Source of the DNA: a virus
Taxonomy: Duplodnaviria; Caudoviricetes
Strand: one strand, 5' to 3'
Length of the DNA stretch: 42,957 bases
Virus record (IMG/VR): IMGVR_UViG_3300033076_000603
Span: 1-42,957 of that record
This document shows positions 9,101 to 18,432 of this stretch, one piece after another (position 1 is the first letter of the stretch; the number at the start of each line of letters is the position of its first letter). A program made the position numbers and the translations under genes. The notes beneath the pieces are model-generated. The model had not been told where the DNA came from, searched no databases, and saw nothing but the letters and a program-made list of their open reading frames with translations.

Positions 9101-12100
9101 CAGCTTTTGCGTACGCGTCAGCTAACTCAGCTCTGGAATAATAGCCAGGCTCTAAAGTTATGGCTTGGTAATCAACTGTGCCAGGCTTGTAAATGTAAGG
9201 GTCTCTACCCCCCATGACAGTTTTATAAGGTAGTAACCCAGCATTATCCAGATCTTTAACATCTGACCATTTGCCTGACTTAACAAAGTCCTGTACGTAA
9301 GGTTGAACGTAGTCAGCGGGGGCGCCGTTGCCGGGGCCTTTGATCTGCTCAATAAACTTTTTAGGAATTCCACCTGGTAAAGCATACTGAGAACCCAACT
9401 CCACCGTAGCATAGCTTCGCCCAAGCTGATCGCGCAAGGTAATAATCCGAGATTCCCCTGCCAGCACATTGTCACAGTATCCACCCACGCAGTGGCCTAA
9501 CGCATTACCTTCCTGCGCCAGCTGCCCTGCAAGATGAGCTTCTTCTGGAGTACGCCCGACCGCTGGTTGCTTGCTGAAATTATCTATTATTACTTTGCCT
9601 CTAGCATCCACCGCCTTGTAACGCATATCAGGCGGAACTCTTCCAATAGCCGTATTCGTCCCCCAGCTGTCAAGAGGAAGAATCCTGCTTGCCTGCGCAG
9701 GCGTCAGCGCATCAGGCAACTTTAGCTCATGCCAAGTATACTGAACTTCCCCTGCCGGCAAGTTAATAGAGTCCATCTGCCTAATCGAGCCGTCTTTGTT
9801 AAAAGAAAACTTACGCGCCGGGGCCATTTCGCTAGGATAACTTTTCCCTTCATACACCGGCAACGCTTGCGTGTCAGCAATACGTATGAGATTCGGCTTG
9901 GTAAAGTCCTTCAACGCTTGCGCTGCGATACGCGCATCGTTAGCAGAGGTTTCTAGCATCGCACGAGGCAAGTCATATTGCTGTAACTTTTCCGGTGTAA
10001 GATTTAATGACCTCATGTAATCGCCAACGTGACTTAGATACTCATTCAGCAGCTCCCGAGACTCACCAATTCTGTCGCCTTGGTGTCCCACCTGAACATC
10101 CGAGATCCGATTAGCTACCTGGTAAATTCGTGTGTCTGCACCCACTTTACCTTCTTCAATAAGCTTGGTAAGTCCGGGTATATCCCTACTTGGCAGTGAT
10201 CCCATTCCTGTAGCTGGCCGACTCCCAAACGCCTGGTCTGTAAGGGATTCTATAGTCTCACCCGTTGGAAGGGTAATATCTTTTGCCCTGTCTGTTGCAG
10301 TGCCAGCTTCTTTATTAAGCCACTTTGTTACTACGTTAGTTGACCAGCTATTCATAGTTAAAGCATTTTTTAGTACCGCACTTTCCACAAGATTAAGTAA
10401 ATCTGGAGCTGTACCCCCATGCATCTGTATAACACGGCTATCCGAGCGGCCTAGAAGCGACTTAGCCAGCGTCGGCACTGCAGACGGATGCCACATACCT
10501 CCTTTAGGTTTCATAACCCCCGCAGCGCCAGCGGCAGCCAGTCCCATGCCAACATCGCGCGCTTTATCCTCCGATAATCCGCTTGGACTATTCCACCAGT
10601 CATAAATTTGATTCGCTGCTACCGCGCTTAGACCCATGAGCCCCAACACCTTGAGCAAGGACGGATCAGACACCCCGCGCTGTGACAGTGGTTTACCGTC
10701 CGGGCCTAAGATAACCCCGTTCGCCACATCCACGCGAAGCGCCTTTGCAGCCTTCGTTGTTTTGACTGCTGCCAGCCCTTCCGCCACGGCTGCTTTGTTA
10801 GCTTCCAGTGCGCGCGCAAGCATAGCCGGAGTTTGAAAACCGGGGTCAAACAGCGCCGGGGTTTGCGAAGCACCCTCTTCCGGAAGTGCCCGGTCAACCA
10901 TCCAGGCTTCTCGAGGAATTACTCCTGGGGGCTCGACTCGGCGAACTGGTTGCAGCACCCGATCAAAAATATTCTGCACCAACGCTGCCTCAGCCGCCGG
11001 GCCTTTTCTAGCCGCAAGGCCAAAGATCTCCTGCAGCTTAGTCTTATCCACTACCAGCGAATCCACCGCTGCAGTTTGCGCTTTAAGTTCCGCTTTCGTC
11101 GGGGCAGCCGGCAATGCTTCTGTAAGATCCACTGGGGTCTCTGGTGTAAGCGCAGCAATCCTAGCCTTCGACGCAGCTACAGCTTCGGCTGCCGCCGCCA
11201 CTGCGTCCGTTCCCATTGCAGATGCTTCGCGAAAATCTTGCCGCACACCTTCTAGTGCCCCGCGAACTCGCGCGCCCATGCCGGGGGCAGGCGCAACAGG
11301 AGCTGGAGCTAGTTCAGGAGCAAGTGCCCCTTCCAGCGTAGGCTCGACACCCCCTGGTACTACTGGCGCCTTGGGCTCAAGCGCTCCGCGCAACTGCGCT
11401 GTGCGAGCTTTAGCAGAACTTACTACGCCTTTCTTAGCCGCAGCAACCCCTAGCAAGCCCATTGTGGCATCAGCCAGATTCATGATATCCCCAACTGGAA
11501 TGCCACTTGCAGCTCCAGCACCTCCTGCCGCCGCTTCAATTCCTTTGCCAATATAGTGCATTGCAAAAGCAACTGGATTGTTTTCATAGAAGTACTGAGC
11601 CTCTGGCCCCATTGACTTGGCTACTACGCTCCAAGGCGCGTTAAGTTGCTGCGGCCATTTGTCCTTGAGTGCCTGCGCGTTCTTAACGCTGTCTGCTCGA
11701 GGTACCTTCGTAAACAGCTCATCATAAAGCCGGGCGTAATTATAAACCGCACTACCCAGCACACTCTTAGGAATGCTGCTGAACATATCGGAGATTTGCC
11801 CACCTGTACCTAGCGTCATTCCCTCTACATATTTTCGGGGATTTGCCATGAACGTAGGAGGTGCCGGCGGAGCATTAGCAATATCCTTCATTACCTGTGC
11901 GCGAGTGTCTGCTTGATTCGTCTGCGAAAACATTATAGAGCCGGGGCTTACACTCTTATCCCTGTAGTACCTATTAGCTGCTGCATCCGTGTCAAAAGTT
12001 GGCGGCGGTACTTTAGGTGAGTCTCGCAGGACGCTACGAAAAGGCTGTGTTATGCCCCGCAGATCAGCACCGACTTGCCCTGCCAGTGCGCGGCCTTGCT

Positions 12101-12275
12101 CAAGCGCTCCAGCAAACATCGAAGGAGCTGCTGACATACCTGTAGCTTCACGCTCGTCAATAAAGTTACCAACTTTCGTGGGCGCTGCGGGAACTTCGGC
12201 AGGGGGCGCTGCGGTCGGGGCTGCCGGTGTACTCGTAACAGAACGAAAAGCTTCAGCTTCAGTAATGAATGCCAT
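6180..12275 (-). CDS. giant internal virion / DNA-ejection polyvalent protein (2031 aa) with PcfJ-like and ECF sigma domains
   Basis: Lies after the gp10-like hub and three smaller internal proteins; Ala-rich helical; embedded domains listed separately. Confidence 0.8.
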   Translation of the reverse strand: MAFITEAEAFRSVTSTPAAPTAAPPAEVPAAPTKVGNFIDEREATGMSAAPSMFAGALEQGRALAGQVGADLRGITQPFRSVLRDSPKVPPPTFDTDAAANRYYRDKSVSPGSIMFSQTNQADTRAQVMKDIANAPPAPPTFMANPRKYVEGMTLGTGGQISDMFSSIPKSVLGSAVYNYARLYDELFTKVPRADSVKNAQALKDKWPQQLNAPWSVVAKSMGPEAQYFYENNPVAFAMHYIGKGIEAAAGGAGAASGIPVGDIMNLADATMGLLGVAAAKKGVVSSAKARTAQLRGALEPKAPVVPGGVEPTLEGALAPELAPAPVAPAPGMGARVRGALEGVRQDFREASAMGTDAVAAAAEAVAASKARIAALTPETPVDLTEALPAAPTKAELKAQTAAVDSLVVDKTKLQEIFGLAARKGPAAEAALVQNIFDRVLQPVRRVEPPGVIPREAWMVDRALPEEGASQTPALFDPGFQTPAMLARALEANKAAVAEGLAAVKTTKAAKALRVDVANGVILGPDGKPLSQRGVSDPSLLKVLGLMGLSAVAANQIYDWWNSPSGLSEDKARDVGMGLAAAGAAGVMKPKGGMWHPSAVPTLAKSLLGRSDSRVIQMHGGTAPDLLNLVESAVLKNALTMNSWSTNVVTKWLNKEAGTATDRAKDITLPTGETIESLTDQAFGSRPATGMGSLPSRDIPGLTKLIEEGKVGADTRIYQVANRISDVQVGHQGDRIGESRELLNEYLSHVGDYMRSLNLTPEKLQQYDLPRAMLETSANDARIAAQALKDFTKPNLIRIADTQALPVYEGKSYPSEMAPARKFSFNKDGSIRQMDSINLPAGEVQYTWHELKLPDALTPAQASRILPLDSWGTNTAIGRVPPDMRYKAVDARGKVIIDNFSKQPAVGRTPEEAHLAGQLAQEGNALGHCVGGYCDNVLAGESRIITLRDQLGRSYATVELGSQYALPGGIPKKFIEQIKGPGNGAPADYVQPYVQDFVKSGKWSDVKDLDNAGLLPYKTVMGGRDPYIYKPGTVDYQAITLEPGYYSRAELADAYAKAGGEIDPKYTWDATKQQGSAKPEQLALIAGGAAAAAYLASDPDPDKLATLATALGAGVIASRGGKFADLPEGKLIETFRAGGREGEAAAAQIWENTNRQLGRTIGNMNRQLDEAGIQDISQRVYEKVFKALKQSPDDPGGFRGEAKLSTFLHGVASNEVKNSFAAASRRPATDSMTVDAEGTTAVPEKYMMEQNPERYQSAEDVTANNQLAQQMQKALDKLPEDSRALFEAIEMEGLSYQEAADRFGIPIGTVRSRVSRAKDALGQSLRQYRTQGGKIDTDAVIALGALGSGVALGTYLDSDNPIRGGVLGAIGVAGFGAMAKGKPGKGLEYTLGLVSTNLGGISQPLLRRARDYERFVMERTDKALDAVTPFIKGIKKLPTAAADALNLALLRNDPGEIAAAIKGNPVLVAGYRQVQNLLEAFRAEQIGLGRFAAGVNDYFPRVVKDLEGLKEALSLPMRTQLENSLAKAEADMIKARGRGLTDVERSLVVNRSLLASAPNASLPGFAKARGVDVTADLAQFYMTPTESLLRYIVGAVEDAEVAKFFGKDLASKKLANGQMATHVDDSIGNLIQSEMKSGALSADQQLAIKSILESRFKQGEQQMGGFLQDVRNATNIGLLGNFASAATQIGDSLMTAYHHGLMPTLGALRMKLTGSSQITPKEFGLVNHIAEEMGSTRITGKALQTLFKYTGFSAIDQFAKGLNLQAGLIKNQKLAQTAKGQAVLAERWGEAFGAEFPQLLADLAAKRMSEPVKSLLFSELSNAQPITKLEVPQAYLDRPNGRILYQMKTYMLKQIDVVRRDAYQEIAKGNYVKGARNLVGLAAAMSLANIPGDIVKDMLSNRPVNLDKIDYVENLLQNFGINHYTMGKINRETLAKGIKEFAVGAVTPPSLSMLSDLDKPERLIKYIPGVGRPLYDREFGGNEARKWAELVQAKRKERDRLEEASPALKAERLRKAEAIKRKRNEAMQALP
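8292..8903 (-). other. RpoE-like ECF sigma factor domain (aa ~1125-1328 of the 2031-aa protein)
   Basis: Region 2: IQDISQRVYEKVFKAL...FRGEAKLSTFLHGVASNEVKN. Region 4: LDKLPEDSRALFEAIEMEGLSYQEAADRFGIPIGTVRSRVSRAKDAL. Confidence 0.92.
9318..9533 (-). other. PcfJ-like domain (aa ~915-986 of the 2031-aa protein)
   Basis: LAQEGNALGHCVGGY...IITLRD...ATVEL...IEQIKGPGN matches the EG..M.HCV..Y / Q..G..N pattern. Confidence 0.75.
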
Positions 12276-12276
12276 A

Positions 12277-13320
12277 TCAATCTCCTAATACATTAAGACC
12301 AGGTTTCTTAGTAGTCGGATCAACTTCCCATCGAGCTGTCCGGCCATCCGGCAACATATACGATTGGCCAAGTTTTCGGCTGCCCGGATCAAGTGGTAAC
12401 TGTGGAGTAGCTTTTTCCTGCGCCGCCGCTGTGCGAGCGCGAGCCGCGTCCGCAACTGCTTTCTTAGCCTCTAGTCCTGCATCTGTAACGGCCTGTCCAT
12501 TTTTAGCCAACAGCTCAAAGCGCGTAGTCGCAAGTAAAAATTGAGCATCAGCCGCTGCAACTTTTGCTTCCCGTTGCGCCTCCCCAGCTCTAAAGTTAGC
12601 TTGCCGCGCATCAAGCTCCGCTTGCTGGCGCCTGTTGTCCGCTTGCTTATTTGCATCCATGCTAGCTTGCCCGATTGCGCGCAGCGTATTACGATCTGCG
12701 TCGTAACTACCTGTAAGTTCTGGCGGCAAGCGCTTTCGCAGATCCTGATTCATCATGATCGCTGCATATTGTTGGGGACTTTCTGCCGCGGCCGCAGCAA
12801 TGCCTCCTATTTCAGTGCGCTGCTCGCGCGACACTTTATCTTGTGAGGCTATAACTTCTTGATTTCTCCAAGCTCCTTGCGCCTCTTTCTCTTCTATCGT
12901 AGCGATCTCTCCGTAAAGCTTTTCAAGTACTGTTGGAGGAGCACCCTTGCCAGCAGCATACGCAGCAAAATCTTTTAGTGGCTGCGCGGTAGAAACTTTT
13001 TGCCCAGCGCCTTTTAAGTCAGCTACTGTTGCTGTTTTACCTTGTGCAGCAGCTCCGTCTATAACACCTTTAAGTTTTTGCTGATCCGCAGTAAACCCTT
13101 CGCCAAGCCGCTGCATTACTCGTGCCGCTTCAACCTTTGCGTCTGCCTCGGCTGTCTGTGCTCCATAGTACCCTGTATGCGCTTGATTAAGAGCAATCTG
13201 GGAAGGCTGCAAGGCCAGGGTATTCATAACCTTTTGTGCTTCCAGCCCGACTAGTGCATTCTGCCGACTTTGCTCGTCGGCGGCTATCATCCCCAGAGGG
13301 GCGCCGAATAGTTCAGCCAT
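12277..13320 (-). CDS. internal virion (ejection) protein
   Basis: ATG 13320 coupled to the upstream stop; Ala/Gln-rich helical; immediately precedes the giant protein. Confidence 0.65.
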   Translation of the reverse strand: MAELFGAPLGMIAADEQSRQNALVGLEAQKVMNTLALQPSQIALNQAHTGYYGAQTAEADAKVEAARVMQRLGEGFTADQQKLKGVIDGAAAQGKTATVADLKGAGQKVSTAQPLKDFAAYAAGKGAPPTVLEKLYGEIATIEEKEAQGAWRNQEVIASQDKVSREQRTEIGGIAAAAAESPQQYAAIMMNQDLRKRLPPELTGSYDADRNTLRAIGQASMDANKQADNRRQQAELDARQANFRAGEAQREAKVAAADAQFLLATTRFELLAKNGQAVTDAGLEAKKAVADAARARTAAAQEKATPQLPLDPGSRKLGQSYMLPDGRTARWEVDPTTKKPGLNVLGD

Positions 13321-14198
13321 TACCGATTCCCCATTCCGTTGGTGATTAAGAACTGCTGTAACCAAGGTGGCATAGGTTGCGTGCCAGTTACGCCGTACCC
13401 AATAGAACCCAAGCTCCGTGACGCCAGCTCATTTGCAGAAGTCATTCCTCCCAAAGCTGTTTGGTAACCTGCCCCCGGACTAAACCCTACACCCGCCGGC
13501 TGGCTAAGCGCTTGTATCCGATCATTCTGGTACTTTAACGCCGCCTGTGCCGCTGCTTGTGCTGCAAAGCCGCCAGGTTGTTGAGACGAGGTGCGCGATG
13601 CAGCTAACTGCGCAGCTTTAAATCCCGGATCATTTGTAAAATCTCCTTGCATCACTCGCGTCAGTTCAGTACCCGCGGCTGCTTGCCCACCTGAAGACGT
13701 CCAGGGGCTAGATCCTGCAATAGCCCGCTGAGCTTCTTCGCGCTGCCTTTGCGCCTGACTCATCCCATAAATACCCGAGCCAATGCTCATGAGCGTGGGT
13801 AGCCAGCCTTGCCCACCCGCTCCCATGCCGCCGGGGGCTCCGCCAGTAAAAGCTCCGGACTTTCCGCCCAACGCAGTCCCCGGCCCCATCATGGAACTGT
13901 AAAGACTTTGTAGCCAATTGCCAGCGCTGCTAGAAGCGTTTAAAGGCAAATCAGTATACTGATATGGCGTCGATGCTGGCATACCACCCATAGGCGAGTA
14001 CTCCGGAGCATTAAACTGCGGCGCAATCTCACCGCCGGGGTAAGTAGTTTGATTGTACGAAGGCGACGTAGGCGAGTATGCCGGAGCGTCAAATTCCGGA
14101 GGATACGGATTATTTGAGTAGCTTGTATCATATACGTTTGCTACTGGCGACGCTGCTTGAAAGTCAGAGTATCCTGGAATATAGTAATTATCAGCCAT
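13320..14198 (-). CDS. internal virion / pilot protein
   Basis: Gly/Ala/Gln-rich with NDPGFK motif; position in the ejection-protein cluster. Confidence 0.6.
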   Translation of the reverse strand: MADNYYIPGYSDFQAASPVANVYDTSYSNNPYPPEFDAPAYSPTSPSYNQTTYPGGEIAPQFNAPEYSPMGGMPASTPYQYTDLPLNASSSAGNWLQSLYSSMMGPGTALGGKSGAFTGGAPGGMGAGGQGWLPTLMSIGSGIYGMSQAQRQREEAQRAIAGSSPWTSSGGQAAAGTELTRVMQGDFTNDPGFKAAQLAASRTSSQQPGGFAAQAAAQAALKYQNDRIQALSQPAGVGFSPGAGYQTALGGMTSANELASRSLGSIGYGVTGTQPMPPWLQQFLITNGMGNR

Positions 14199-14208
14199 AA
14201 AATATCCT

Positions 14209-15108
14209 TTAACTATTAGTTGCTAATCGACGCAAAAGTAAACTTGCCTGAACATTTTCATTACCAGGAACGGTAAAGTTAGGGTCTGGCGTTTGTCCCA
14301 TTAAAGATTGCTGCGCAAATGCCTGTTGCATATTGCCAAGATTGGCATTTCCAAATGGGCCGTAGGATGCGCGTTCTGCCGCTGCATTACCCATTACACC
14401 GCTTGCGAGTTGCCCCGCTGCCGTAGCTCCAGCCCGTCCTCCAAACATTCCCCCAAGAGCCGTAGCTCCAGTCCCAATTGCTCGCTCGCCCAGGAATCCT
14501 AAAGGGTCGCGGGACTGTGAAGCATTGTACGCAGTACTTGCAAGAAAACCACCCATCCCAGGAACTAGCCCTAACAGCGCTTGCACAGGATCTTGGTTTT
14601 TACTGTAATTAACCGCACTGTTAAATACGTTGCCAATAACAGGAACAAATCCCATGATTGTCTGAATTGCTTTTCCAGCCAGCGTATCAAAAAAACTTGG
14701 CGCGGGCTGTGTCCCTTCCAGACCGACTGTCTGAGCAACCGGGCTCATGTTGTACCCGCGACTGTTTGCGTTAGCTTGCAACCCCTCGTATCCAGTGGGT
14801 TGTAACCCATAGCCAGCTTTGCCGAGGCTGGCCATACCCTCCAGTGCTCTGCCGCTGAAGCCATAATCCGGCATCATACTCGGATCTTCACCGTAGGTTC
14901 CAAGAGCCGCATTTCCAATATTGGCGGCAAAACCCGGAGCTTGCAAACCCGCCTGACTGCCGGTGCCCAGGTTAATCCCCATGCCAGAAAGGGTTGGTGC
15001 GCTGAGTCCTAGTTGATTGCCAGCGGACAAGCCAAAGTCAGCCATTGCATTCCCACTAGGCGCTGCATTTTCTCCGTAGGCTCCAAAACCTCCATCATCA
15101 TATGCCAT
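14209..15108 (-). CDS. Gly-rich internal virion protein with hydrophobic segments
   Basis: Gly-rich with MGFVPVIG and LGLVPGMGG hydrophobic segments; position after the tail genes. Confidence 0.55.
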   Translation of the reverse strand: MAYDDGGFGAYGENAAPSGNAMADFGLSAGNQLGLSAPTLSGMGINLGTGSQAGLQAPGFAANIGNAALGTYGEDPSMMPDYGFSGRALEGMASLGKAGYGLQPTGYEGLQANANSRGYNMSPVAQTVGLEGTQPAPSFFDTLAGKAIQTIMGFVPVIGNVFNSAVNYSKNQDPVQALLGLVPGMGGFLASTAYNASQSRDPLGFLGERAIGTGATALGGMFGGRAGATAAGQLASGVMGNAAAERASYGPFGNANLGNMQQAFAQQSLMGQTPDPNFTVPGNENVQASLLLRRLATNS

Positions 15109-15116
15109 AGTCAGTC

Positions 15117-15713
15117 CTAGGTTGCGGGGGTCTGCGAGGTAAGCAAACCGTTAGTAAATGTCATACTGCCATTTGCGCCAATTGCAGTTAGTTTAGCAGT
15201 TGTGATTGTAGCGGAAACTCCAGCAGTAGAAGTACCTGTACCGCCGTTGGCTATTGGCAGGATACCACTGACTTGAGTTGTCAGGCTAACGCCACTGAGC
15301 GTACCGCCAAGGGTCAAATTGCCTGACGTAGTGACTGTGCCTGTCAGGGTAATGCCATTGACTGTTCCCGTGCCGCTGACGCTAGTGACTGTTCCGTTGC
15401 CCTTGCCGTTAAACGTAGTCCAATCTGCTGCACTCAACGCACCTCGATTCGCCGCCGATGCTGTCGGGACGTTCAGGGTAATAACTACATTAGTAGTCGA
15501 ATTTGCAACGGTCGAGCTTAAATTAGTCCCCGCTGTCCCGAGGGTTAAAGCCGCCACACTCGATACCGATCCCGCGCCGCCCTGCCCCAGGTTCTGCGAC
15601 AAGTCCAGAAACCAACGAAGCCAGATAGGATTAAACGCAGCCTTGCCTGACACTTCATCAAGTATCACAGGCAAAGCCCAGGTTGGCGGCGGCTGAAATA
15701 CGTTAGTTGCCAT
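15117..15713 (-). CDS. tail-associated protein
   Basis: NPIWLRWF N-terminal motif plus GTVTSV...LPIANGGTG fibre repeats; follows the gp10-like gene. Confidence 0.65.
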   Translation of the reverse strand: MATNVFQPPPTWALPVILDEVSGKAAFNPIWLRWFLDLSQNLGQGGAGSVSSVAALTLGTAGTNLSSTVANSTTNVVITLNVPTASAANRGALSAADWTTFNGKGNGTVTSVSGTGTVNGITLTGTVTTSGNLTLGGTLSGVSLTTQVSGILPIANGGTGTSTAGVSATITTAKLTAIGANGSMTFTNGLLTSQTPAT

Positions 15714-17137
15714 CAGAGTGTTCCAATATCTAACTGCAACTCTATTGCCTGCAACCGCAACCGCGTGTTAGACTGATGCCGGATCTGCGTAGTCCGCCGC
15801 ATGAAGGTACCGCAGTTTGCCAGGATTGGCTTGCGTACTCCCATGTCGACAAGGCGGAAGCTAGACCACTTGCTAGCTTCATAGTCAGAGTCATTCACCC
15901 GTACCTGCAAGGTACTTCCAGTAGTCTGATCACCGATGAACTCCATCATAGTCATTTGTTTTCTTCGGCGCATTCCACCATCAAAGTTAGGTGTAAACAG
16001 ATCTACTGTAATAACTTGACCATCGTCAGAAGTGTAATCAGAATCAAACAGATATAACTTCCCATTCGTTTCATGCTGCAACACGCGGCCAGTCCCCGGA
16101 AGAAACGTCGATGAAACAATTTTAAAGTAATTTCCATCTACATCTGTCCATTGCGCCCACATTTTATCAGTCATATCATAGACTAACGTGATGTTATCGT
16201 TTTTAAGTGTAATGCCATAAAATCTATGCCCATCGTACTTAATGCCGAAGGATGCTACGTTGGTAAAATCAGCTTCCCCTAGTATCCGCTCGATTGGTTT
16301 TGTGGATACGATAGTCGGTTTGAGGTTATCTATTAGAATTACCTGCGCAGCGGACGAACGGTTTGTAGCCACCCAAAGCAGCGTACCGTCAATCTCCTGA
16401 ACAGAATCTGCGCTGACGCAACCGTAGTTTATCTTAGCTCCTTGCACTGGGCCAAGGGGAGACGCGCTGGTATTCTGGGCGTCGTAGAAAACCTCGGTTG
16501 ACCAACCCTTAAGCGCCAGGACGTAGACAAGTTGCTTAGCCAGGAACACCCCGGCATCTGGCTCAATCTGTGCGCCGATAATGTTTAGCAAGTCTGTCCA
16601 CAAGGTAGGATCATTTAAGACGTCGCATCCGTGGATATAAGACGTAGTGTCTAGTACGTAAGTCGTACCGTCTAGATAAGCAAAGCCTTTAACTGCAACT
16701 GCTCCGGCAGTCGTGTAAGTATTGCCTGGAAAGTTAACCCCAGATATTTGCGCAAGCGTAGTATCATCCCAGTTATACGAAGCTGCTGCATTGCCTAGCT
16801 GCAAACGCGGGGTAGCCCCGAGGCTGGAAGAAAATCTATACACTCCGCCCGTTGCGTCTACTGTGCCAATGTTAGTTCCATTTTTGTACAGCGTCGCTCC
16901 AAAAATCGAGTATATATCTCCATTCCAGTTATAAACACCGTAGCCATTGCCGACTTTTGTTGCGCCTGTTTGCAGCAACCCAGGGCGCTTAAAAATCCAG
17001 TACTCTTCGGTCTTGTCATTCTTCTCCACGTAGCCATTGATAAGACGCGCATCTTTAAAAGGTGTGTTATCCCGGTTCGCCGCTTCAAGTACCAGTGGCA
17101 AACGCTTAGGAATCGCAACTGTTTCAGCTTGTGCCAT
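15713..17137 (-). CDS. P22 gp10-like DNA stabilization / tail hub protein
   Basis: 474 aa; KRPGL near the N-terminus; beta-propeller-like repeats; YDGHRFY...TLVYD...W; follows a gp4-like gene. Confidence 0.8.
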   Translation of the reverse strand: MAQAETVAIPKRLPLVLEAANRDNTPFKDARLINGYVEKNDKTEEYWIFKRPGLLQTGATKVGNGYGVYNWNGDIYSIFGATLYKNGTNIGTVDATGGVYRFSSSLGATPRLQLGNAAASYNWDDTTLAQISGVNFPGNTYTTAGAVAVKGFAYLDGTTYVLDTTSYIHGCDVLNDPTLWTDLLNIIGAQIEPDAGVFLAKQLVYVLALKGWSTEVFYDAQNTSASPLGPVQGAKINYGCVSADSVQEIDGTLLWVATNRSSAAQVILIDNLKPTIVSTKPIERILGEADFTNVASFGIKYDGHRFYGITLKNDNITLVYDMTDKMWAQWTDVDGNYFKIVSSTFLPGTGRVLQHETNGKLYLFDSDYTSDDGQVITVDLFTPNFDGGMRRRKQMTMMEFIGDQTTGSTLQVRVNDSDYEASKWSSFRLVDMGVRKPILANCGTFMRRTTQIRHQSNTRLRLQAIELQLDIGTL

Positions 17138-17851
17138 TTAACGAAACTTTCCCATAGAGTACTGTCCGCGGGAATCCGGAGTAAACCGAGTCGGTGCGTC
17201 TTCGACGTCCCAGTCTTCCAACATTGTCCGGTAGCTGATTGCTCGCTGCTGGCAACGATCCATGATTGACTGAGGCTGGCCAGTTGCTAGTTCGTCGGCA
17301 AGTCCCCAACGCAGCGCAATTCGCCACTCAATTGGGAAGTTCATAGTCTCCGTAACGGAGATGAAATTAGTAACCTGCGTTTGCAGCAGCAAGTGTGCAG
17401 TGCCTGTTGCAGCTACTGCATCAGGGATTAACCAGAAGAATACACTTAGCTCTTCTTGCTTTTTGTTGACGAAGTAAGAGTTGATCTGGCCAGTTGTGTT
17501 AACCTGACTCAGGCGAATGTAATCGTTCCAGCTTAACGGAATCAAGGGCCGCCGAATACCATTGGAGTCCATGTAGTAAGCATCAATCGCCCGAGGCGGC
17601 TTAGGCATAACTACAATCCCAGTGGGACTAAACGTATACGTCCCTAGCCCCGCAACCAGGGGGACTGTCGTATCTACGTTCAGCCAGAGCTTCAGCCCTT
17701 GCGTCTGCCACAGATTTATAATATCTGTAAGTTTCCGCATCCCTGTTACGATCTGCTCGGAGTTAGGAGACTGCCCTTCCTGCGTTAATCCCGCATCAAA
17801 GTACGCATCGCTGATAATAGCAATTGGAGTGTTAGGATTAGGCGCAGTCAT
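17138..17851 (-). CDS. P22 gp4-like head-tail adaptor
   Basis: IISDAY...LTDIINLWQTQG...ALRWGLADELA pattern. Confidence 0.75.
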   Translation of the reverse strand: MTAPNPNTPIAIISDAYFDAGLTQEGQSPNSEQIVTGMRKLTDIINLWQTQGLKLWLNVDTTVPLVAGLGTYTFSPTGIVVMPKPPRAIDAYYMDSNGIRRPLIPLSWNDYIRLSQVNTTGQINSYFVNKKQEELSVFFWLIPDAVAATGTAHLLLQTQVTNFISVTETMNFPIEWRIALRWGLADELATGQPQSIMDRCQQRAISYRTMLEDWDVEDAPTRFTPDSRGQYSMGKFR

Positions 17852-17857
17852 GGCAGC

Positions 17858-18394
17858 TTACCCCCGACCTTGCAGTACTTGGAAGTCAACGGTGCCGCTT
17901 GTCCAAGAAGAGACGTTAATTCGCACGGCAGTTACTACGTGATCCAGCCCGTAAGATCCATCAACAGTATTTCCTGTCGGCGAAGTTAGTGGCAAGACTC
18001 GTAAAGTCTGCATCCAGCCCGTACCGTTACCGGCAGTAAGTCCAGAATCTACAATTGCAACTGTTATGTTATCCGCGTCAACAACAGTGGCTACGTTAAA
18101 CTCAGCGTCAAGATTAGCCCCACCGTTACCCCAAAGTTTAACCCAGTCACCCACACCCAGGCCGTGCGCAGTTTTGGTAATTGTCAGCACAGTTGTAGTC
18201 CGCGACAACGTAAACTGTTGCGTAAGATTCATTGGGTCTTGCGCGTTGTCAAGACTGTACTCGATAGAATAAGTAAGCACAGCTCCCGTAGAAAGCATTG
18301 CACTTACGTTACAGTTAAAACTAGTCTGTAACCGATTGATCGGAACCCAGGGAGCGTACCCGGCCGCTGTAAGTCGCTGTGTAATGGGATACAT
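17858..18394 (-). CDS. virion structural protein
   Basis: Beta-rich; ITKTAHGLGVGDWV module common in structural proteins. Confidence 0.6.
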   Translation of the reverse strand: MYPITQRLTAAGYAPWVPINRLQTSFNCNVSAMLSTGAVLTYSIEYSLDNAQDPMNLTQQFTLSRTTTVLTITKTAHGLGVGDWVKLWGNGGANLDAEFNVATVVDADNITVAIVDSGLTAGNGTGWMQTLRVLPLTSPTGNTVDGSYGLDHVVTAVRINVSSWTSGTVDFQVLQGRG

Positions 18395-18432
18395 AAATTC
18401 TCCTAACGGGGGTGATTAGCCCCCGAGTAAAG

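Noticed and set aside
18407-18425. Hairpin CGGGGG/CCCCCG between structural genes (and a similar hairpin at 29560-29582)
   Set aside because: No U-tract, so not called a terminator; probably mRNA stability hairpins.
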